Part shown: positions 1-9,911 of the stretch, piece after piece
Layout: every line of letters begins with the position of its first letter
Numbering within the stretch: position 1 is the stretch's first letter
From: Mobula hypostoma
Lineage: Eukaryota
Assembly (NCBI RefSeq): GCF_963921235.1
Contig: NC_086109.1
Coordinates: 21,950,001-22,014,000, forward strand
DNA: 64,000 nt
Reading direction: 5' to 3'
Program-made: the position numbers and the translations under genes
Notes under the pieces: model-generated
Databases searched by the model: none
What the model saw: the letters and a program-made list of their open reading frames with translations, nothing else
Told to the model about the DNA's origin: nothing

Positions 1-255
1 CATCTGTGTACTTATCCAAACTTCACTTAAGTATTGCAATTGAATCCTCATCCACCACTTCTGCTGGCAGCTCAGTCCACACTCAGACCATATCTGAAGA
101 AGGAAGTTCCCCTGAAGCATTTCACCTTTCACCCTTGACCTATGACCTCTCACTCTAATTTCACCCAACCTCAGTGGAAAAAGCCTGCTTGCACTTACTC
201 AATCTATATCCCTCATAATTTTGCATACCTTTATCAAATCTCCTCTCCTCCTCCT
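1..255 (-). mobile_element. Decayed CR1 LINE fragment (3' part of ORF2), cut by the window edge
   Basis: Colinear similarity to the minus-strand CR1 at about 39960-40240 (shared 'ctcagtggaaaaagcctgcttgca', 'cataatttt'). Confidence 0.75.
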
Positions 256-360
256 ATACTTCTATGAGAGATTGAATCGTGTTAATGTACAGAGGGATCT
301 GATATCTTTGAACATCTAATAATATGAACAGGATATAATAGGATAATATAATATAATATA

Positions 361-2860
361 ATAGGAACAGCAGTTATAAAGGGTGACTTCAATCTACATG
401 TAGATTGGGTGAACCAAATTGGTAAAGGTGCTGAGGAAGAGGATTTCTTGGAATGTATGCGGGATGGTTTTTTGAACCAACATGTCGAGGAACCGACTAG
501 AGAGCAGGCTATTCTAGACTGGGTTTTGAGCAATGAGGAAGGGTTAATTAGCGATCTTGTCGTGAGAGGCCCCTTGGGTAAGAGTGACCATAATATGGTG
601 GAATTCTTCATTAACATGGAGAGTGACATAGTTAATTCAGAAACAAAGGTTCTGAACTTAAAGAGGGGTAACTTTGAAGGTATGAGTCGTGAATTAGCTA
701 AGATAGACTGGCAAATGACACTTAAAGGATTGACGGTGGATATGCAATGGCAGGCATTTAAAGGTTGCATGGATGAACTACAACAATTGTTCATCCCAGT
801 TTGGCAAAAGAATAAATCAAGGAAGGTAGTGCACCCGTGGCTGACAAGAGAAATTAGGGATAGTATCAATTCCAAAGAAGTAGCATACAAATTAGCCAGA
901 GAAAGTGGCTCACCTGAGGACTGGGAGAAATTCAGAGTTCAGCAGAGGAGGACAAAGGGCTTAATTAGGAAGGGGAAAAAAGATTATGAGAGAAAACTGG
1001 CAGAGAACATAAAAACGAACTGTAAAAGCTTTTATAGATATGTAAAAAGGAAAAGACTGATAAAGACAAATGTAGGTCCCCTGCAGACAGAAACAAGTGA
1101 ATTGATTATGGGGAGCAAGGACATGGCAGACCAATTGAATAATTATTTTGGTTCTGTCTTCACTAAGGAGGACATAAATAATCTTCCAGAAATAGTAAGG
1201 GACAGAGGGTCCAGTGAGTTGGAGGAACTGAGTGAAATACATGTTAGTAGGGAAGTGGTGTTAGGTAAATTGAAGGGATTGAAGGCAGATAAATCCCCAG
1301 GGCCAGATGGTCTGCATCCCAGAGTGCTTAAGGAAGTAGCCCAAGAAATAGTGGATGCATTAGTGATAATTTTTCAAAACTCGTTAGATTCTGGACTAGT
1401 TCCTGAGGATTGGAGGGTGGCTAATGTAACCCCACTTTTTAAAAAAGGAGGGAGAGAGAAACCGGGGAATTATAGGCCGGTTAGCCTAACGTCGGTGGTG
1501 GGGAAACTGCTGGAGTCAGTTATCAAGGATGTGATAACAGCACATTTGGAAAGCGGTGAAATGATCGGACAAAGTCAGCATGGATTTGTGAAAGGAAAAT
1601 CATGTCTGACGAATCTCATAGAATTTTTTGAGGATGTAACTAGTAGAGTGGAGAACCAGTGGATGTGGTATATTTGGATTTTCAAAAGGCTTTTGACAAG
1701 GTCCCACACAGGAGATTAGTGTGCAAACTTAAAGCACACGGTATTGGGGGTAAGGTATTGGTGTGGGTGGAGAATTGGTTAGCAGACAGGAAGCAAAGAG
1801 TGGGAATAAACGGGACCTTTTCAGAATGGCAGGCGGTGACTAGTGGGGTACCGCAAGGCTCAGTGCTGGGACCCCAGTTGTTTACAATATATATTAATGA
1901 CTTGGATGAGGGAATTAAATGCAGCATCTCCAAGTTTGCGGATGACACAAAGCTGGGTGGCAGTGTTAGCAGTGAGGAGGATGCTAAGAGGATGCAGGGT
2001 GACTTGGATAGGTTGGGTGAGTGGGCAAACTCATGGCAGATGCAATTTAATGTGGATAAATGTGAAGTTATCCACTTTGGTGGCAAAAATAGGAAAACAG
2101 ATTATTATCTGAATGGTGGCCGATTAGGAAAAGGGGAGGTGCAACGAGACCTGGGTGTCATTATACACCAGTCATTGAAAGTGGGCATGCAGGTACAGCA
2201 GGCGGTGAAAAAGGCGAACGGTATGCTGGCATTTATAGCGAGAGGATTCGAGTACAGGAGCAGGGAGGTACTACTGCAGTTGTACAAGGCCTTGGTGAGA
2301 CCACACCTGGAGTATTGTGTGCAGTTTTGGTCCCCTAATCTGAGGAAAGACATCTTTGCCATAGAGGGAGTACAAAGAAGGTTCACCAGATTGATTCCTG
2401 GGATGGCAGGTCTTTCATATGAAGAAAGACTGGATGAACTGGGCTTGTACTCGTTGGAATTTAGAAGATTGAGGGGGGATCTGATTGAAACGTATAAGAT
2501 CCTAAAGGGATTGGACAGGCTAGATGCGGGAAGATTGTTCCCGATGTTGGGGAGGTCCAGAACGAGGGGTCACAGTTTGAGGATAGAGGGGAAGCCTTTT
2601 AGGACCGAGATTAGGAAAAACTTCTTCACACAGAGAGTGGTGAATCTGTGGAATTCTCTGCCACAGCAAACTGTTGAGGCCAGTTCATTAGCTATGTTTA
2701 AAAGGAAGTTAGATATGGCCCTTGTGGCTACAGGGGTCAGGGGGTATGGAGGGAAGGCTGGGTTCTGAGTTGGATGATCAGCCATGATCATAATAAATGG
2801 CGGTGCAGGCTCGAAGGGCCGAATGGCCTACTCCTGCACCTATTTTCTATGTTTCTATGT
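361..2860 (+). mobile_element. CR1 LINE, 5'-truncated inside the endonuclease domain; EN-RT ORF2 with one frameshift; intact 3' tail
   Basis: ORFs 409-1719 and 1659-2768 carry GDFN, LGKSDHN, KSPGPDG, PGNYRPVSLTS, QHGF, YLDFQKAFDKV, GVPQGSVLGP and FADD motifs. It ends in the hairpin gggccgaatggcct plus ttctatgtttctatgt. Candidate TSD TAATATG at 320-326 and 2860-2866. Confidence 0.95.
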
Positions 2861-2929
2861 AATATGTTGGTGTTTACTATGAGGAACTGAGCTCATGACT
2901 AGAGGCATCTTGCTCCATTTATTCATGAA

Positions 2930-3165
2930 ATTGCAATCATGAATATTGTGTACAGATGTGTTCTCCCTATTTATGAAAGGGTATACTCACAATGGACAGA
3001 GTGTAGTGAGTATTGACCAGTTGGTTTTACACGAGGTTTGCCATATGAAGAGAAATTCAGCAGACGGAATGGTAATTTCTTGAGTTTAGAACAATGAGAG
3101 GGGACTTGTCTGAAACTTTGTGGGGATTGGCAGGGTAGATATAATGTTGATGCTTCCCTGGTTGA
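2930..3165 (+). mobile_element. Old CR1 fragment, probably the host of the younger CR1
   Basis: Degenerate EYCVQ.WSP-like coding sequence. A matching upstream piece 'gtacagagggatct' (VQRDL) lies at about 287-300. Confidence 0.55.
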
Positions 3166-3817
3166 ATCCCACAGATATCACTCTCCCTGAGTTACTGCTT
3201 GCATAAGCTCACACTCTGATGGTTCTAAGAACAACCAACTAACATCCATTCAGCGGCTCAATCAGAAGTTCGACACCCTCTTGAAGACAAATTAATCTGA
3301 GGGATAAAACTGAGGAATGAACGAGTGAATGTGTGATATCAGGAATTTCAGTAGGTTGGCTGAAAGGATTAGGTATTAAGGCAGCATCCTGTCCACCTCA
3401 CTCCACCACCTTTTCAAGGTAGAGTGGTACTGCTTCAAAGGTCAGACTATAGGTCAAGATGCAATTATCCTGTGCTTCATGCACCCGTCTCCTGAGCCCA
3501 ATCTCAGGGCTTTTGAGAGGCAATAATAGACGTAGAATCCTTTCAGCTTATAATAATATCAACTCTTCTACTAACTGATGGACAGTGTAACTTTGCGGTG
3601 GATGAAACTTTTTACTTTTTCATCTTTTTCTCAACTTGATTCAAAGGGAACATTCTAACTTGGGAGTTGTCTGAGTACATCATTTAAGTATCTCAAGGGT
3701 CACAGGTCATAATTGTTGCGGGAATTGGAGGAATTACGGAGGTGGGTGTGCGTGGGACTTGATTCACCTCGGTAATTACAATAAACCCGGATCAGATTTT
3801 CTTCCCTTTCGCTGTCC

Positions 3818-3838
3818 AGCAGCGCCCTCAGCTGGTGG
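3818..3838 (-). promoter_or_regulatory. Candidate CTCF-binding site
   Basis: Minus strand reads CCAGCTGAGGGCGCTG, one mismatch from the CCASYAGRKGGCRS core, in apparently non-repeat sequence. Confidence 0.4.
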
Positions 3839-4179
3839 CTCAGTAAATATTCCCTAATCAAACTCAACAGGGCTGAGACCAGGGGGCTTGAGTAAAAAGT
3901 ACAACACATAAAGTAAATCTTATTATCAAAGGACATATATGTAACTATATACAACCCTGAGATTCATTTTTCTGCGGGCATACTCAGCAAATCTATAGAA
4001 TAGTAACTATAACAGGATCAATGAAATATCAAGAAGGGTGCAGAAGACAACATATTGTGCAAACGCAAATATAAATAAATAGCAATAAATAACCAGAGCA
4101 TGAGATAACAAGATAAAGACTCCTTAAAGTGAGTTCATTGGTTGTGGAAACATCTCAATGGATGGGCAAATGAGTGCAA

Positions 4180-5052
4180 GTGAGGCTCAATAGACTGGGA
4201 CTGTTTTCCCTAGGGTGGAGGGGGTTTAGAGTTGAAACTTTAGAAGTATATAAAATCACAAGGGGAGTAACTAAGCTGAATGGTCACAGTCTTTTTTTCT
4301 CCCAAGGGTAGTGGAGTCTAAAACTAGAGGGCACCGATTTAAGGTGAGGGGGAAACGTTTGTAAGTGATCTGAGGGACAATCTTTCGCACAAAGGGTGGT
4401 AGTTATGTGGAGCAAGCTGGAAGGGTGACTTCTAGATGTGGGTTTAATTGCATAGTTTAAAAGACATTTGGACAGTCACATAGATAAGTAAAGCCTAGAG
4501 AGATATAGGCCAAAGAGAGGCAAATCAGAATCAGGTTTAATATCATATGTTCTGAAATTTATTGTTATGCAGCAGTACATTGCAATACATAATAATAAAA
4601 ATTGTAAATTATGGTTAATAAATACATATATAAAGTTAAATTAAAGAAGTAGTGCAAAAAGAGAAAAGAAAGTAGTGAGGTAGTGTTCACGGGTTCAATG
4701 TCCATTCAGAAATCTGATGGCAGAGGGGTAGAAGCTGTTCCTGAATCATTCAGTGTGTGCCTTCAGGCTCCTGTACCTCCTCCCTGATGGGTAGCAATGA
4801 GTCGTGGGTGATGGAGGTCCTTAATGATGGATGCCACCTTTTTGAGGTATCACTACTTGAAGATGTGCTGGGTGACAGGAAGGCTAGTGCTCATGGTGGA
4901 GCTGACAGAGTTTACAACTTTCGATCCCATACTGTGCCCCCCCACCCCCACCATGGGACACAACAGTCCCTCAAATGGGACTAACTCAGGTAGACGACTT
5001 GAACAATATGGATGAATTGGGCCAAGGTCTGTTTCTGTATTGTATTACTCTT
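4180..5052 (+). mobile_element. CR1 3' fragment interrupted by a Rex1-type element
   Basis: CR1-like 'aaactagagggcaccgatttaaggtgagggg' runs up to ...ggcaaat, and the CR1 tail resumes at 4972 'caaatgggactaactcagg'. Confidence 0.7.
4526..4971 (-). mobile_element. Rex1/Babar-type LINE 3' fragment
   Basis: cagaatcag tail (reverse of ctgattctg) and similarity to 13570-14120 and 52910-53535. Candidate TSD CAAAT at 4521-4525 and 4972-4976. Confidence 0.65.
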
Positions 5053-5629
5053 TGAAGATATGATAGGAGCAGAAATTGTACAAATGCAACCCTCTCCCAC
5101 CTCTTTCTGTGTAATTCTCATACTTCCTGCAGTTTATCAAAGGCAACTAAGGATTTGTAGGTAAGACAGATACTTAATAGCTTAATTTCTGAGGTGGAAG
5201 AGTTGAAGTTAATTTACTGAAACGAAGAGGCAGTCACAGTCCCTTGGTTGGTAACAGGTGTTTACTCTGTCCCACACTGGCCACGGATCTCTGTGGGAAG
5301 TGCTTATTCGTGGGGCAGTCCAGCATCAAGACTCAATGCAGGGTTTTGACCCGAAATGTTTGCAATTCCTTTCCTTGCACAGCTGCTGCTCAACACACAT
5401 AATTCCTCCACAATTTGTACGTGTGCTGCTCTGATTATTATTCATATTTTCATTCTTGAGTCCTTGCTGTAGACTAAACCGGGAATCAATTTCCCTGCAT
5501 GAAGCAATACACTTCCTCAGTGAACATTCTTGACTGTAAAGTACTTCTGGAGATCTTGTGATTGGGAAAAATATGGAAGCATCTTTCATCTTTGATTTTG
5601 GGCCACTTCAAGGTTACTGATTGCAACTG

Positions 5630-5995
5630 GAGCAACACACATACAATGCTGGAGAAACACAGCAGGTCAGGCAGCAGCCATGGAAATGAACAAACAGTCA
5701 ACGTTTCAGGGATGAGACCCTTCTTCAGAACTGGAAAGGAATGGGGAAGATGCCAGACCTTCCTCGCCACCCCTTTACTTTTCCCACTCATCTGGCTTCA
5801 CCTATGACCTAGCTAGCCTTCTTCCCCTCCCGTCACCTTTTTATTCTGGCATCTTCATCCAGTCCTGTAGAAGGATCTCAGCCTGAAACATCAACTGTTT
5901 GTTCATTTCCAGGGATGCTGCCAGACCTGCTGAGTTCCTCCAACATTTTGTGTGTGTTGCTTCACATTTCCAGCATCTGCAGAATTTCGGGTGTT
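5630..5995. repeat. Fold-back (inverted) Penelope terminal-repeat derivative
   Basis: Arm at about 5630-5757 is an imperfect reverse complement of about 5845-5962. Both arms resemble the Penelope terminus at 20537-20640. Confidence 0.8.
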
Positions 5996-7858
5996 TTTGA
6001 TCGTGACTGATGAAGCCACCACTAAGGGGCACTATAGTATTAGAAAGACCATGACTCAAACCATGAGGTGGAAATTTGGGGCATGTGTTTGACAAATGAC
6101 ACAGTAAGGGAATTGAAACTCAAGACTGGAGTTCAAAATGCAGATGTTACACCTTTAACGCATATAACAGTTAGCATTCTATCCTGTGCAAACACATACA
6201 AAATTGGGACGTCTTGGCCCGAAACGTCAGCTGCTTATTTCCCTCCACAAGTGCAGCCTGAATTGCTGAATTCCTCCAGCATTATATACGTGTTGCTCAA
6301 GACTTTCAGCATGTGCAGAATCTTTTGTGTCTAGGACTTCTTTCTACCCATGTTGGTTATTAGGCCTATGACAGGCTGTCACTTTATCGAGAATATGTTT
6401 CCTCATATCAAAATCTAGTTTGTTTACTAATCAACAGGTCAATTAAATGATTGAAGTCCTGTTTTTATTTTAACTATTCAGTGATTTTAAATCAACTTAT
6501 AATTTCATCCTGAGGAGTGAACACAATTATTCAAAGTACTTACTGCTGATTTTCAGCAATAAACAGAAGCACACAAAGGAATTTAATTCTATCATTTTTT
6601 GGGAAGTACATTTAATGCACAGACATAGTCACACATGTAATCTTAAAGTGCTTCATGACTATTTAGGCACAAGGCTTCCTCAGCTCCTGCTCTTAATTAT
6701 TTTAATAATACTTTTTCAGGTTGCCTTACAAAAATACATCCAATTTCAAATAGCAGAAATAATTTCATTGCATTTTACAACACAATTGATAGTTCTTATC
6801 AAACTGGAAAGTCTTCACACTTGAGTACCAGGCCAAACAAGCAATAGAGAAGTCAAACTCTTTGCTTTCACAAGCTCCTTCGGGTAGACACCAACCAAGC
6901 ACCAGCAGCCGTCACCCACGTTGAATCAATAGATTGCTTTGCGAACAGAACAAAGTCAATAATGATGTAGCAGATGCTCAATCATAGAAAAAGAGCTCAG
7001 ACTGAATGTTTGATTATAATGGATTTTTTTAGAATGCGTTTTAGAAATAGGAAAGTTCAGGTCAAGTTGAGCCCCAAAGGATAAGCAACTTTAGAAAAGA
7101 AAGAATTTGCAATCATACAACATTATTCACAGGAACAGATATGAACATAAAGTAGGGGCAGGAGAAGGCCAGCTGACCCCTCGGCTCTGCCCTGTCACTA
7201 ACTATGAACATGGTTCATCTGCCTGCAAACCGCAACTTCTCTCTGTGCCAGTTTCCCATTGTCCTCAAGTCCTCCATCTTTCATTCATCTATCTATCCCA
7301 ACTTTAAGTGGATCTAATCATTTGGCATCCACAATCTTCTGGAGTAGAGAATTCCAGCAAGTCACCACCCCCTGCGACATGAAATTTCCACACATCTGTT
7401 TTAAATGTCCAGCTCTTTATCCAGCATTTTTCTTTCAGATTAACTTTCCTAAGGAGCTTTTCTCCAGTCAAATAAGTTTTTGGTGGTGTATGCCAATTTG
7501 CACAGGGGAGGATCTCACAACTGCCTTTGTGATAATGGTCAGGTAATCTAGTGATTGTTGGTTAGATGGTCACGGCACTAGGTAGAACTCTGCCTTATTC
7601 TTGGAGTGATTGCTCAGTTGTAGCAATTTAGGAGAGCATTGCTTAACGCCTTGGGTAAAATACATTGCCTCTGGCTGTGCAACACCATTCCAGTACTGAT
7701 GGGTTGACTAGGACAGTGTCTTTGAGTTTCAGAAGTGGGGGGTATGAACCTAAAACACAGCTGAGAGTCAAATTCATGCAGCTGATTAACTTCTAAGTCA
7801 GTAAATCAGGACAATTCCACAATTTTAAATAAATACAAGATACAATAATGTTGTGTGG

Positions 7859-8470
7859 AACACACACAAAATGGTGTTGGAACGCAGCAGGCCAGGCAGC
7901 ATCTATAGGAAGAGGTACAGTCAACGTTTCGGGCCGAGACCCTTCCTCAGGATTAACTGAAAGAAGAGATAGTAAGAGATTTGAAAGTGGGAGGGGGAGG
8001 GGGAGATCCGAAATGATAGGACAAGACAGGAGGGGGAGGGATGGAGCTAAGAGCTGGAAAGTTGATTGGCAAAAGGGATATAAGGCTGGAGAAGGGGGAG
8101 GATCATGGTTCAGGAGGCCTAGGGAGAATGTAAGGGGGAGGGGAGCATCAGAGGAAGATACAGTGAAAGGGACAGAGGGAGAAAAAGAGAGAAAGAAAGG
8201 GGAAAAATGATAATAAACAAACAAACAAACAAATAAATAAATAAGGGATGGGGTACGAGGGGGAGGTGGGGCATTAGCGGAAGTTAGAGAAGTTGATGTT
8301 CATGCCATCAGGTTGGAGGCTACCCAGACGGAATATAAGGTGTTGTTCCTCCAACCTGAGTGTGGCTTCATCTTGACAGTAGAGGAGGCCATGGATGGAC
8401 ATATCAGAATGGCAATGGGACGTGGAATTAAAATGTGTGGCCACTGGGAGATCCTGCTTTCTCTGGCCGA
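7859..8470 (-). mobile_element. Penelope-like element 3' fragment (end of GIY-YIG domain plus 3' terminal repeat)
   Basis: 8240-8468 is nearly identical to 20905-21128; the terminus is similar to 20540-20740. Confidence 0.9.
7919..7954 (-). ncRNA. Minimal hammerhead ribozyme motif (variant copy)
   Basis: Minus strand reads aauc-CUGAGGA-a-gggucucggccc-GAAA-cg-UU-gacu. Confidence 0.55.
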
Positions 8471-8860
8471 CATAATATTGTGTGCCTTTATTTTGGTTAA
8501 CTCCCCTAGTATGTGCAGAATGGAGTTACCACCTCCTATTCTACAATAAAATGACCCACCTGATTTATTGCAGATGTTCCTCAGGAGTTAATTGACTATA
8601 ACTTCACCCTGTTGAGTCTCTCCTTTGCTGGTTACAACTTCACCTTCTGCTCTCCAGCTTGTTAACTGACAGGAATCATTTTTCAAAAAATCAATCAGGA
8701 AATAAGTGTGGAGGTAAAGAAATCAGTCACGTTTTAGTCAGCTTAAAATGATTCAATTAAATATGACTTTTATCAAAGGTGTGCTGACTGCATTAATTTT
8801 TGGGATGGAATCCGAATGATTGGCTGACACTGAACCATGAGGGAATGTTAGCCCAATGTT

Positions 8861-9082
8861 AGCAACACACACAAAATACTGGAGGAACTCAGCAGGTCAG
8901 GCAGCATGTATGGAGGGAAATAAACATTTCAGGCCAAGACCTTTCATCAGGACTGGCATGAATGGTTTCAGTCCAAAACATCAACTGTTTATTCTCCTCC
9001 ACAGATGTTATCTGACCCAATGAGTTCCTCCAGCATTTTGTGTATTTCTCGAGATTTCCAGCAACTGTGGAATCTTGTGTCT
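8861..9082. repeat. Fold-back Penelope terminal-repeat derivative
   Basis: 'acacacaaaatactggaggaactca' and 'tgagttcctccagcattttgtgt' are inverted arms around a short centre. Confidence 0.8.
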
Positions 9083-9264
9083 CCAATGTTGGCAAATGTG
9101 GCATTCCATTATGTTTTATTATGCAATACAACATTGTAGATACAGGCAGGTGAGGTTCATAAAGTGACCTAAGTGAAGATAGGTTTATACTGATAGAACC
9201 GTTAAGATGGAATTAAAGGTCATAATTTTCTACTGGTGGGAGTACAGATGTACAAAGGAAAGCA

Positions 9265-9910
9265 CTTGTTGTATTGTGGCCTAGTGTGGAAACTCCAAAG
9301 CACACAAAGACAAGAGGCTACAGAGAGCGGTGGATTCAGCCGATTCCATCACAGGTTCATCTCTCCCCACCATTGAGAACATCTACAAGAGACAGCGTCT
9401 CGGGAAGGTGACATCCATCATAAGACCATAAGACATAGGGGCAGAATTAGGCCATTTGGCCCATCGAGTCCGCTCCGCCATTCCATCATGGCTGATCCAT
9501 TTTTCCTCTCTGCCCCAATCTCCTGCCTCATCTACGCCCCCCCCCCCATACATTCATGCCCTAACCGATCAGGAATCTGGGTATCACCATCATCCAAACC
9601 ATGCCCTCTTCTTGATTATGGAAGGAGGCAGGAGGTACAAGAGTCTATAGACCCACACCTCAAGTTTCAACAACTGCTCCTTCCCCACTACCATGAGGTT
9701 CTTGAAACGACATGAAAAATCTTAACAATAGCTTGGAGTATTTTTCTCTCTCATCTTTCACTAATGTCCTCATGTTTATTTTTCTCAGGAAAGTTATGCA
9801 TAAATACTTGTAATTTAAGACAATATTATTTTGTATTTGTCATGTTTGTGTCATACTGTTGTGTTGCTGCTGTAACAGGCTAACTTTCATGGCATTTATA
9901 CCCTGGGTAT
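9265..9910 (+). mobile_element. Rex1/Babar-type LINE 3' fragment; contains a short minus-strand CR1-tail insert (about 9418-9535) and resumes at about 12905-12947
   Basis: 'ctccccaccattgagaacatctacaagag' and 'ggcaggaggtacaagagtcta' match the other Rex copies. The (cataagac)n CR1-type tail is at 9420-9436. Confidence 0.65.
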
Positions 9911-9911
9911 A

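Noticed and set aside
282..890. 202-aa minus ORF and similar ORFs opposite LINE ORFs (e.g. 1682-2086, 12451-12861, 21256-21828, 22702-23178)
   Set aside because: They are antisense or shifted frames of CR1, RTE and Penelope coding sequence.
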